The translations under genes were made by a program, and so were the position numbers. From assembly GCA_023920165.1 (NCBI GenBank), contig CP089275.1, positions 5,394,001 to 5,458,000 on the forward strand: DNA of 64,000 bases, in the 5' to 3' direction. Of the stretch, positions 42,318-54,405 are shown piece after piece (position 1 is the stretch's first letter; each line of letters opens with the position of its first letter). Source of the stretch: Curvularia clavata (Eukaryota). The notes beneath the pieces are model-generated. The model was not told the DNA's origin. It was given only the letters and a program-made list of their open reading frames with translations, and made no database searches.

Positions 42318-45300
42318 CGGGTTGGATTACTAGGTGGAAAGGTGTACAGTTCCATCAGCAGCAGGGAAACAAGGACAGAGGCAACGAGGGCGAGGGGCTG
42401 GACAATGTCGTATGTTTGGTCAGACAGACGAGAGCGAGATCCAGAGATCCTAGGCAGACTGGATATCCTTCGTTGCGGCTTAGAAGCATTACACTCTGTC
42501 AGGATCTGCGACCATGTCGGGAGCATGTATACAAGGAGCTGACGATACTGTTTAGTACCGTCCAGGATGGGCAATCCATGAAAATAACCCGAGCCAATAA
42601 CAGCGAAGTACGACAGTACAAATATTCGGAACCAGGGATGTCTTTACACTGGCAGCTTGGCATGCCGCTGTACCGAAGGAAACTATACCATGGTCAGCAA
42701 AGATCTGCGGGGTACACGAGTACGGTTGGGATCTAGTGTAGGCCCACTCCACGTGGAGCAGAGTGGACACTAAACTGACGCGCAACAGGACAAAGCGATA
42801 TGGTTCAAAGGGGTACTGCAAAAGGCATGTAAGCACTGTTTTCCCTCATGAAGTGCGGAAACTCAGAGGACAAAAACTGAAGCTGACCCAATCAGAAAGC
42901 CACGTCTGACTGTCTTAGCCGTCCCTATCACCCTCCTACAAGACCCGTGCCTCACTCCTTGTCCGCAATCCGAACCACGCACCAAAGTCTCCCCTCGACC
43001 CGCCATCTGCACTCGCACAGTCGGACTTACACGGCGCGGACCCAGCGTCCACTTCTCGCCCCGCATCACAACACACGATAACAATCCCAGGGCCTGTAGA
43101 AGGATGGGAAGGTCTGTGATTATGATACTAGCGAATCCCTCGTTCTGGGACCGCTGAAAGGTGAAAAGGTGTGGGTCTGACGCTTTTCGGTGGAAGACTC
43201 GGAGACAGACCGGGACATTACTATGAAGGGGGATCCAATACGGGATGGAGAGCAGACTTGGAGAGAAGGGAGAAGTGCTTGAGAAGAAGTAGACAATGAC
43301 AGGAGAGAATGGAGGGAAGGGCATGGCACTGGTAGAGGGGCAGAAGGAGCTCCGTGGAAGGGGTCGCAAATGGAAGGGGCTATAAAGGGAAGGAACGACA
43401 AAGAGACAGCACTGGCTATTGGGAAACCAAGAGGACAGCATAGCAAAAAGATCGAGAACAACGACAGATAGTGATAGAATCCCCAATCATACACGAATTG
43501 ATTGAAAGCTTCTTAGCTCACCTTGCTGGACCTGAACGCCATAGCGTGCAATCTTATTCAGTACAGCATATAGTGCTAGAATGACTATATCGAAGTTGAT
43601 CAGTCGCAAGGAAATTGTCACAGATCTACTTTGGCAGAGTTTGTCTATTCAGGGGACCTTAATGATAGGCTGAGCATGAACGTTGCAGTCTCGTGGTGTC
43701 GCATGTAGAGAGTCATACAGACTCAGAGCAAATGCGGCGTTGTCGTTAGTAACGCATGTTGAGAAGATGTATCCTAATTGGGACAAAAAAGAAGTCCAAA
43801 AATTTGCCTTGGCTGGAGTCGAACGCGGGAGCAAAAGGTTCAGACCCGGTGGTCCTACATCCTTGCCACCCTGTACAATGTTAGTGTGTATACCCAAGCC
43901 CGGTAGCGGCCCCAACTTACCATTTGAGAAGCCGCTACCGGTAATGGGAGTCGTAATTCTACAGTATATATAGCCGTAGAATCTGATGTTGATAGTGTCC
44001 AGCCCGGCGGAGGGAAAGGGTCCTTGCTTGGGTGTTCGGGACAAACAGAGTGGCGGCAACGCTCCATGCTTATGACAGCACCACCAGTGACCGCGGCATC
44101 AAGACCTAGGGCTGCTAGCACGCAAGACAACGATCTGAGGGAGATCTATGAAGGCCGTCCACTGTCTACATGCTCCGCATTTCTGTGACATTTACAGATG
44201 GAGTCTGCGCACTGAAGCTCATTGCAGAGTAGGCAGTGCAGCAACAACGATTCTGCTGCTTTCAAGAGCTTTAGGAAACAGGCTCAGATTGCAGTCTCAG
44301 TGCCCTAATTTGCAGACAGGTCTCTGCTGCACAACTGGCCGCACGTCGTAAGGCCAGTTTGTATTCCTCTGCGGAGGCCGTTGTGCCGACCTTGTAGCCT
44401 ATCTTGTTTTGTGCAGGCATCCTGGGACGGCACCCCCAGTGCGACTACACAGACAGACGCTTTCCTCTCTTCCAGAAGCTCTCGATGCTCTCGCAGTAAT
44501 CTTCGGAATCTTCTCCTTACTCCGTAACTGGATGAGTGTCGTACGGTAACACTCTTGACTGAAGGCCCGTGCGGCACGACAGGCCAGGCCATAGAGGTAG
44601 GCCTCGTTCACCATCCTTTGCCTCTCGACCACCGACAATACATTTTCAAGGCAGCACACCTTTTTGCTTCCGAGTTACTCTCGTCATTCGAATCGACACT
44701 CTCGGGTGTTGTTCCGGTTCTTTATACCACCCTGATCAAGCTTGCGGCACCGTTGAAGAGTCCAGCCAATGAAGAGCATCAACACTACACTGTCCGAAGC
44801 ACGCAGCATCACCAGCGATCTAAAGGTCTCCAAGAAGCCTTCAGAATAGCGACAACGATACTCTGGGCACCTATGGCGAGTGCTGACGTTGCTTGTAGCC
44901 GTGTCGGAATCATTGGGGCCGCGCAGAGCCGTGACACCAGTCCACTCCTGCTATAGAGTTTGGAGAGCAATGGTATACATTCGGCATACAAGAAGTAAGG
45001 ATCCTGCATTTGCGCGGTTGGGGGCTTCAGCGTTGGTGCTGCACGCGCTGCCACTGACAATATGCCGGTTTGAGCGGCATTTCACTTTGGACAAATACCC
45101 TCCCAGCGTCGCTTCATAGGCAAGAGTATTCCAATATGAACCAGAAGTGCTATCGTGAAGTGCTGGTTGTTGACGGCATCTGTTGTGCCAACACCTCAGC
45201 AAACCCCGCACCCATCTGGGATGGCAACGCCACTACTGCTCTATGCACCTCTTCAAAACAACCAGCATCGGCGAGATGACAGCCTGCGTTCGAGCTAAGT

Positions 45301-48028
45301 CGCACAAGCGTCCGTGGATGAACAGCGAATACGAAGTACGCAACAGGTTCAGCTTTTGAGAATGCTCGCCGGCTGCGACGTCAAGCGTCAACGAACCTCC
45401 CTTTGAAAATCATGGGCTTTCATGATCGTGAGTACCATCCCTCTTCTTTTTCTGTCATGATTCTCTGACAGATGAGACAGTAGCGAGAGCAAACATCTTT
45501 CTGCAACTACCCGTCACCGCCGATACTACCTCGCGAGGTTCGATCGACCGACATCAACAACACTGATACTAACCCTGGCTGCCAACAAGTCGGTGGGCCA
45601 TGTAGGTCTCGTGTTTTTCCAGACTGCTGATATAATCCAATGGACGTTCGCATAACCAAGATGATTCCTGAGGCCATGAGGCTGGATGGCCGAACAAACT
45701 TCAATGTGGAAGGTGTCACCAGGGTCCGGACTGTCATGCTGTCATTATAGCATATCCCATCAGAGCCACTACTGTGGTTCCAAGGCCTTGGGGTACATTC
45801 GTCTGGCATGAGAACGGGCAAGTGGGTCGAGCACTCTCCTTGTAGGGAGTATGCCATACAGCGGCTGCAACCAATTCTCGTTTCTGAAGACATGAGGTCC
45901 GTAGAGTCTCGAAGCGTTTGCATATTTACAGCATCTTAGCGACTGAGGTGTCAGCAAGAAGCATATATGAAAGAGATGGACCGTCGGTGAAGGACTGGGC
46001 GCAACATAATCAGCGTGTGCGTTGATGTAGCCATCTCTCGTGGAAGGAGCACAACCGAAAAAGTCTGTGGTAGAGCAGAGTAAGAGCAGGGGTCTGGAGG
46101 GCAGTCAACAAAACTCTAAAGAAGAGCTTGCCCTTGGGAGTACTCTCAGCAGGGCCAGACTCTGACGAGAAACCGACAGAGGGAACCACGATGGAGGGAA
46201 CTTAACCACTGCGTGAAGCCTCGGCTTTGCCACAGGGACCGCCATATCTCTTACGAGATTGCATCTCATCTGTGTCCCTGCCTGCCGATGGAGGGATGAA
46301 GATTTAACAAGCGGAGCGAAGAAGACGAAAAAGACAGGTTGCCGTGTCACCATGTCGAGCAGACGGTTTGGGTCGCTTAGTCGCACTTCCAGTGGGTAGC
46401 TGCAGCGCCGGGGCTGACACGATGGGCCGACGTCTCTGCTTGAGGTATAGTGAAAGTGATATGGGATCCATCATCCCAACATGTACTTTTTCCCGGAGCA
46501 TGTCGACACGGTATACGCAACATCGCGTCTTGAGGGCTTAGCCATGATACTGGACGCTGCCAGGACAGACAACCCCACCCGAAATCGTACGTCCAAGGAG
46601 TTGATGCTCGATGAAGTCCGGAACCCGCCTGTGCGAGACCGTGTTGGACGATTTTGAGACATATCCGCTACTGGTGGCCCCAAGGCAAGCAGTTTTCCAG
46701 GGTGCCCATCAGCCCAGATGAGATTTCTGTCGACAATAACGATGGTCGGTGTGTGCAACCCAGGTATTCGAAGATCCTCGCTCAACCTCTGGGAACGCCT
46801 TCGAGCTTATCTGAAGCCAGCTGTCATTATCTTCGCCAAGGACCGGAAACGGGAAAGAGAAGACGAGTCCAAATTTGAAGAAGACGGACTGCACAGCAAC
46901 GAAAGGGTAACCACGCAATGACCCAGTCTCACCTCCTCTCTTAACATGAGCGGAAATACGGACATTATAGAGGAACAGAGTCTAAATGTCGTCATATCTT
47001 AAGTTCCTTTGGGAGCGGGTCGAAGTCGACTCAAATCACAGACACCATAGGCTTGACAGCTGAGACACTTGGTATCAAACGAAACCTATTGCCGTTCGGG
47101 GTCTTCAGGATAACTACTAAGGGTGTCGTGTCAAACCCCAAGAGGTGGATGCTGGCATGTTGCGCCATAGAGCGACATTGCTGTGAAACCAGTCCGGTCC
47201 TAGCCATGCCTATCTCTTGCCCGGGCTTGATGCTATTGCAGCCCCAAAGCTTTCCAGAACATGACAGCTTCATAGAATAGGGTGATACATCCTCCCTTGC
47301 ACCCTTATCATTACGAGACGCACCGTTGGTGGTCCCAACATGTATCTCGGATGGCATCTTATTGATGCCGGCGGTCGCAGTGGAGACGATGGTACGGCAA
47401 AACCTGTATACTGGATTCTCGCCTACATGGTGTCGCAACAGCTGTCAATCGAACGAGAGCGTAGTATGGGCCCGACGAGTCTGGTGGGGGCGCGGCAGCG
47501 GCATTGGGAGTGGCCGTTACAAGGTCTTCATCGCAAAATCTTCCCGGGGGCGGACAGGGCTACGTCTTCCTCGAGCAGGCGGCAACGACGGCTGTTTATC
47601 AGCTTCTTTCCGAGTTGTTAGCATCTAGAAGCTCCACGCCCGCAGGCTTCTGGTTCCGCTGCGGGGTGGGTAGTAGAGCAATGACAGCGGCTGCAAGGCT
47701 TGGAGGGCTGCCGTGAAAGCACTCGTGAAGCCGGTAATACCGCGAGAGGAAAACACCAAGTCGACAGCGGGAGTAAGGAAGCTTGTGCAGGTCTTGGGGG
47801 AGACGCTCAGGTCGATTGCAGGAGGTCGACGAGTATGACTTGTTGGTGGTGGGGTAACCGTTAGGAGGGTGGTGGTGGTGTCGCTGCAATGAACTCCAAT
47901 TGTCACCAACGACCGCGCCTTGTTCTGATTCACCCAACTCGCTACCCCCACAACTCAACTGGAGCCCATGGCTTGTGCCTCTCCGATCCTCGATATTGGC
48001 TACCCGGTGGCTCCTTCCGCGACTCACC

Positions 48029-51010
48029 ATGGTAGGCAGTACCTACGATGTCGTGATTCTGAGCTCGAGTCCACCAGCTGCTTCCCCGCAACATGATGCC
48101 CCCTCCCGTCGCGTCGCAGCACCCGGTTCCTCGCCTTTAATGTTTTCTCCTCCTGCAAGCCCACTGAGAACGACAAGCGGCGCGTCAACAACCAACCCGA
48201 GAGCTGCACCTATCCCTGAGGGCGCTGTTAGGGGATTCGCCACCGTCGGCAGCCTCATACGATCCGAACGCTTCACGAGCCGGTTGGACGACGACTTCAC
48301 TAAGATACAAGAAGCGCACTCGCGAAGACGTGAAGCAGAAGTTGCCGAGCCCTTGGAAACCGTTGAACTCCCTCGAAAGCCGTCTACGAAGAAGTCTACA
48401 GCGGCTGCAGGCGGCGTCGAGAGGCCCAAGTCCAAACCTCGAGCGCGCAAACCAAAGCCCAAATCAGACAAGGAGATTCTCGACTCTGACGATGATCTTC
48501 GACGTCCACAACGCTTTACAAAATCGCCTTTCTTTGACGAGCGCCCTGCCGAGTCAGCAGCCAAAGTCCCAAGCGAAACTGCGGATGCGCCGAAACTCAC
48601 TAAGTCGGGAAAGCCACGCAAACCGCGTGCTAAGAAGCAGAAGGCTGAAGAGGAAGGCGTAGAGCCTACTGCAAAGCCAAAGAGGACAAGAGTCACAAAG
48701 TCTAAGGCGGCAGCCAAGGGTAGCACCAAACAAGCCAATGATGCGCCAGTTGTGTCTGCGCATTTCCAAACGGGGTTGGAAAGGAGCGAGGGATCAACAC
48801 CAAGGACAGACCAGCAGTTGATAGAAGCACAACATATCGTACCTGACCAGCCTGCATCTATATGGGACGTTCCCGACAGCCCACAACTGAAAAAGGCGAC
48901 TAAACGTAAAGAGCGACCACCACCTTCCGTAGCAGAGGGGGTGGGGTTGGACGAAGCTGTGGCTCGGAGACGGGATTGGACGCCTCCCCGTGACACCACT
49001 ATACATTCGCCAAATACAAACTCAACAGGCAAGGAGAACAGATCGTCACCACATGATGCCCAGGGAGCTTTCACGAATTTACTCTCCAATTTTGCTTATT
49101 CAGAATCACATCCAGTGCGGATAGCTGCACAAGAGGCTAGCTTGACTGGAGAAGTCTTAGCCACCACAAAGCGAAGACGAGTTGAATTGGTAGAGATACC
49201 CGGCAACCAAACCAATTTCCGTGATTCATCACCTGAGAAAGGAAAAGCTCCCAAGAAGAAGCCACGCACCATCACAGACCTTGTCACAGGGCAATATGGA
49301 CCCAGAGATGAAGAGTCCGACTTAAACACTGCGAAAAACGACTTCTTCGTGGCTCGAACTTCAACAACGACGGTACCATTGAATGACACGACTATGGCAG
49401 ATACTAATGCCCAGCCAAGGAAGCAGCTGCGAAAGCGCAGTAGCCCAGAGGCGCTCACTGAGAAGGTCCAGTCAAAGGCAAAGGCAAAGCCGAAGAAAGC
49501 ATCAGCCAAATCTGCTGCTAAACCAAAGCCTGTCGCAGAGAAGCTACTGAGTCCTGGTGCAGCAATGTTGCGCCTCGGTCAACAGGACGTTCTCTTTGGC
49601 ACATCAAGTCAACTGGCGCTCGAAGAATCACCAACAATGATTCGCCAGATTCAATTTGCGATCAAGGAGTCAGAACGGGATGCAGATAGTACTGATAGCT
49701 GCTCTCTTACCGCACTACCAACGTGGTCCAATCTCACCAAGGCACGAGGTAAAAGAGGTTTATGGGCGGCAAGCGCGCGAGACGACGAGGGTGGCATGTT
49801 AGAACATACTGAAGATTTGTATATTCCCGAGCCTGATCGAACGCAAGACATCCCGCTGCTCATGGATAGCATCCGCAGCCAGCGTGTTGATGTCCAGGAC
49901 AAGGACCCTGGCCCTTTATCGTTCGTTGATATTGACGACGTACCTGCTGAGCAGCCTGCGCCCATTGCCGTCTCCTCCGATACCTTAACTCCCCCGCGAA
50001 CAACTTCACGGGCATCACAATTGCTTGGCTCATGCAAAGATGACTTCGACATAAAAAACATCGAGTTCAAGGATATAGACACCTTTGAGCAAGCGCCACC
50101 ACCTTCGAACCAGAACGCAGACTTGCAACAAACTTTCGTCGACATTGATGACTTTGACCTTCCGCCCTCAGCGCAAATACCATATAGCCCTGCGACAAAG
50201 TTGAGGCCGCCTGTACCTGTGCCAGCAATGGCAGATGGATCTCCCAAGAAACGTGGTAGACCACCGAAGTCGCAAAGTGCTGCATCTAAAATCTCCGCCT
50301 CCCCAGCTCCAATACCAAAGCCATCCTCTTCGAAATTGAACGTAAAGTCAAAAGAGAGGATCATCGCGCCTTCCACTCCACTCAGAGCGTCAGGACGATT
50401 CGTCGACATTGAAGAGATTCTGGACTCGGACGATGACGCCCTGGAAGCCTTGTCACCCACCCCACCTCGAGTCCAAAAGATTGCGGACTTGGGACCCTTG
50501 CCCTTAGTCTCCCTCTCACCGAAGACTTCACCCAGCAAGACCTATGTTGGTGTTGATCCAAATCTGACGCCTCTACATCGTGTACCAACCAAGCTGTTGG
50601 AGTGGGCACACATCAAAGCCACTGTGTTCGCACAAATCACAACCCATATCCGCTCCCTACCGCCTACCACGGATCCTGCAAATCCCACGTGGCATGAGAA
50701 GATTCTAATGTACGATCCCATCGTCCTTGAAGAGCTCACTGCCTATCTCAATACCAGCACCGACATCCGTACGTTCAAGAGGGCGACTCAGAAGCAAGTC
50801 AAGGCCTGGAATCAGCAGCGAAAAGTCGACGGCAAACCTGCTCTAGTTGTCGACAAAGGCGAGGATGGCAAAGGCGACGGAGAAGATGTGCTAGCCGTAG
50901 AGAAGGAATTGGAGACGTACATGGTACAAGGATGGTGTGAAAGTCTAAGCGTATGCTGCATCTGGGGTGAAGGACGGGGCAAGGGCGGCGTGCGCAAGGG
51001 ATTGTACTAG
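48029..51010 (+). CDS. SLX4: Structure-specific endonuclease subunit Slx4
   Basis: Long disordered ORF with RRRDWTPP, KKPRTITDL, QDVLFGTSSQLA and GLWAASARD, plus C-terminal TWHEKILMYDPIVLEELTAYLN...QGWCESLSVCC (Slx4 conserved C-terminal domain). First ATG at 48029. Confidence 0.92.
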   Translation: MVGSTYDVVILSSSPPAASPQHDAPSRRVAAPGSSPLMFSPPASPLRTTSGASTTNPRAAPIPEGAVRGFATVGSLIRSERFTSRLDDDFTKIQEAHSRRREAEVAEPLETVELPRKPSTKKSTAAAGGVERPKSKPRARKPKPKSDKEILDSDDDLRRPQRFTKSPFFDERPAESAAKVPSETADAPKLTKSGKPRKPRAKKQKAEEEGVEPTAKPKRTRVTKSKAAAKGSTKQANDAPVVSAHFQTGLERSEGSTPRTDQQLIEAQHIVPDQPASIWDVPDSPQLKKATKRKERPPPSVAEGVGLDEAVARRRDWTPPRDTTIHSPNTNSTGKENRSSPHDAQGAFTNLLSNFAYSESHPVRIAAQEASLTGEVLATTKRRRVELVEIPGNQTNFRDSSPEKGKAPKKKPRTITDLVTGQYGPRDEESDLNTAKNDFFVARTSTTTVPLNDTTMADTNAQPRKQLRKRSSPEALTEKVQSKAKAKPKKASAKSAAKPKPVAEKLLSPGAAMLRLGQQDVLFGTSSQLALEESPTMIRQIQFAIKESERDADSTDSCSLTALPTWSNLTKARGKRGLWAASARDDEGGMLEHTEDLYIPEPDRTQDIPLLMDSIRSQRVDVQDKDPGPLSFVDIDDVPAEQPAPIAVSSDTLTPPRTTSRASQLLGSCKDDFDIKNIEFKDIDTFEQAPPPSNQNADLQQTFVDIDDFDLPPSAQIPYSPATKLRPPVPVPAMADGSPKKRGRPPKSQSAASKISASPAPIPKPSSSKLNVKSKERIIAPSTPLRASGRFVDIEEILDSDDDALEALSPTPPRVQKIADLGPLPLVSLSPKTSPSKTYVGVDPNLTPLHRVPTKLLEWAHIKATVFAQITTHIRSLPPTTDPANPTWHEKILMYDPIVLEELTAYLNTSTDIRTFKRATQKQVKAWNQQRKVDGKPALVVDKGEDGKGDGEDVLAVEKELETYMVQGWCESLSVCCIWGEGRGKGGVRKGLY

Positions 51011-51148
51011 ACACGAACGACATGGTCACGACAACGAGGCAACGATCCTCACAATGTAAATAATGAAATCAGCAGTGAAAGTAATCAACTTCACACTAAA
51101 AACGAAACTTAATGCTATCTACACGTCTCACTCAAACAATGCCATTCA

Positions 51149-53706
51149 CTACTCATTCGTCCACGCAGGCGAAAAACACGCATTCTTCTTCTTGTTATCA
51201 AAAGTGACCGTCACACTTCTCGTCTCTCCCACTGCTGTAGTAAAATCCCTTGGCGGAGACCCCGAAGAGATGGACGATGCATTAGGCGTCTGGGGCCACC
51301 AACTCGACACCAAGCACGGGTTGCGATGTGCATCTCCAAATGCGTCAGAGACCTCTTCGCTGGATCTCGGGGATACACGCGAGAAGGCAGATGCTTTGTG
51401 CGTGCTATCGAGCAGGACAGTAGATGTTCTGGGGCTTTCAGGCCACCAACCCGATGTAGAGCAGAGGTTCCTGCCCGTGCCATGTATGAAGTCGACTGGC
51501 CGAGTATCCGCTTTTAGATACTCATTCTCCAGCTTTCCATCATTGCTCGGTGGTTGGTTTGCCGCAGCTCCCGCATCCTGCGTCGCCGCGTTTCTAATCG
51601 GGAGTTCATGCACTCTTAGTGTTTCTCTCTGCCACTCCTGGCCCGGCGTACCTGGATGCGGCATTCGCTGGCGAGGAGGTCGAGGCGGCTCTGTGATATC
51701 CCAGCGCTCAGAGTAACTGCCTGTCTTGTTTTCATAGTCGAGCTTCATAACCATTTCGCCGTCTTCGGCTTCGAAGCGCACGCGTACGGGCAGCCAGTCG
51801 GGTATCAATTCTCCGGACATGGCGTCGAGGGCTTCAAGGAGGGGCTTCTCTTCGACGACGGAAACGTCCCATTGCGTGTGGATTTGGTTGCAGCGGTCGA
51901 TGATCCAGGATTTCATGCGCAAGGCTCGGGATAGTTCGAAGTCGAGATCGAGGTCGGACATGTCCGGAGATGCGGAGCGCTGAGATGGGAGGTTGCGAAT
52001 GGTTCGGTGCCACGGGCCAATGGAAACCTGGAGGGGTGTGTGTAGGCGCAGTGGTACAAGAGGGAGATCATGAGAAACTGAGTTGGCCCATCGGATGGAT
52101 TTGGCAAGATGCAGTGCACTGTCGACGTCGATGACTCGGAGTCGTTCTGGAGAGGGCAGTAATGAGAGAGCGGCTTCTACTGGGAAGTGGCGGTATAGCG
52201 TGTCAGCAAGGCCGCATAGCTGATTCTGTAGCATCCAGTATCTTGTGCAGAGAATCATGTTCTGAACGGTGTCGAATTCTAGAGTATCAGGCATGATATC
52301 GGCGATTTCTGGCGATGGAGGGATCGGTACAACTGTTATGGCGGTCTGCATTAGCTCAGATACATGTTGTGAGAGATTTATTTGTATCAACGACTCCATT
52401 TTCGATACAGCTTCTGCCAGGACGGTGGTGTCCTCGGGATTGGAGATTGCCTGTCTGACCAAACAGACCAGATGGGGGCATTGGATGAAGACATGCATGA
52501 TCGCGACAGAAGCCCTCTGAGAAGGTGAGAGCACTATCGTTGGAGATTCTATCGGTGGTGGGAATGTTGCGGATAAGTAGAAGTCATTGTCGTAGACTGA
52601 TCGTCGACCTGCGAGCATGGCTTCGTTGACCTTTGGTATGTCAAAATGGACGCCTTTTGAGTTGTAAAAAACACTTACATCGTCAACGTATGTATTATCA
52701 ATAAGGTTCCAATAGTGCTCGTCATCGACATCTGAGACTTTGCCAGACTTCATCAGCTCAGCCAGTCCAAACGCGTGAATGGCGTGATACATGGTATCAA
52801 TTCCCATAAGGGCCTAGCAAACGTCAGGAGAACTCGAACACACATGGAAATCATCTTGTCTAACCTCCGCCGCAAAGTGCATTTTTGTAGCTAGCAAAAC
52901 ATCGTATGTGGGCTGCGACTGAGCATCCAGCACAACCAGCTGCAGTTCTCTCAACGCTTTGGCTTTTGTAGCTTTGGCCAGCCTTCGTTTCGAGTGCATC
53001 CCGTCCCTGTATGCGGCATAGCTATTGACCATGAACTCTGCTGCGAGGTCAAGCATCCGACTTCGACCGATGCGTGATGGTATAGTCTCGATCCAAGTAC
53101 CCAGAATGGCGAAAGGTTGTTTGCCATACAAGGCTGGTCCAAGCATGCCGATGTATCGATTGATCAACGCGTCTTCTGGAGATGAAGGTTGGTACGGTAT
53201 TATAGCGGACTCTTCTTTGAGGTGCTCGAGATATTCTTCCAGCTCACGTTGTTTTTTATTAATTTTTTTTCTCGACTGTCGAGACTTGGGCATGGAACTC
53301 GGTGTCAATGTTTGGAAGAAGCCCTTTCCATTCTCTGCTTGCCTTTCAGTGGTGATACGAAGCTCCGATGATGTCGAAGAAGACGATTGTATGCTTTCTT
53401 GAGAGGAATGGAAGTGGTGCACCAGAGGCGGTGTTCTCGACTTTCCATGTTTTGTTAATTGATTGGGGTCTTGGACGACGAACGCCGATACTTTTCCATA
53501 TGAATAGCTGCAGGGACGATCCTTCTTTTTGCAAGCACCGCATTTTGGTTTTTCTTCATCACACTAAGCAGCCATCAGCGAAATCCCTTGTATGATTCAT
53601 TGCGCAGGCTTTTCGGGGCTGAAAACTCCAACATGGAGTATTGAGAGAGGCCTCATACCTTGACTTTCCGCTGGCGACATGTGTCGCACTTCCCGGCTTG
53701 AGTCAT
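51149..53706 (-). CDS. Zn(II)2Cys6 fungal transcription factor; introns 53564-53658 and 52814-52864
   Basis: MTQAGKCDTCRQRKVK|CDEEKPKCGACKKKDRPCSY Cys6 cluster. In-frame joins to ORFs 52814-53422 and 51149-52807. Confidence 0.9.
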
Positions 53707-54405
53707 TTCAAGACTTCGTACCAGAACAGTCAATATTTCTTGATTTGCCCAAAGCCCTGTCGGAAGACTAGCTTTGGCGACCAAAGTCAGGTTTCAATAA
53801 GCAGGAACCTCGAAATGCTGCAGCCTAGCTGAAACTTGGTATAGAGGTATTAATTCAGACGCGAATGGTACAAGCACAGATGACCCGTGAAGAAGATACA
53901 AAAATACTCTGTAACAACATGGGTTCTAGATAATCCTCAGAGACATGTCAGAATCACAAGCTCGGCTTGCTGTGAGACGTAATGTTGCAGCTCTGGTGGC
54001 GCGTAAGAGTGACTTCAGGCTAATTCGGATGCAGTTAGCGCGAACTATCATTAGAAGCCTCTAAACATTGTGAAGGTGCATTACAGAATTTGGTAAGCTT
54101 AACGACTGAATTAATACATTCTTCTTTTTCTGGTCCTCAAATTTCTGCTTTACATGATGTTTGCATTAACAATTTACTCGAAATTTCAAACAAGAAAGCT
54201 ATGTAAAGCTAAGATGCACGAGACTCGCTTACTTAAAACCCCTGAGCTTGATCTCAAATCCTTGAATGCAGTGTAGTGATTTCTCACAATAGCCTGAGGT
54301 AGTTTCATCGAGAACTACTCAATTGGACTCGAATGGCAATATGCGTTGATTAGATAGTTTTATTTTACAAACACGCCGAACAACATAAAGTCTAGAAAAC
54401 CATAC

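Noticed and set aside
45569..45577. CTAACCCT as a telomerase RNA template within the ORF-poor tract
   Set aside because: Only 8 nt and equally a branch-point-like sequence; no TAACCCTAA, pseudoknot or three-way junction that I could identify.
27700..47900. Starship or other giant mobile element carrying the accessory genes
   Set aside because: No tyrosine-recombinase captain or boundary repeats seen, and a conserved M28 gene splits the two accessory tracts.
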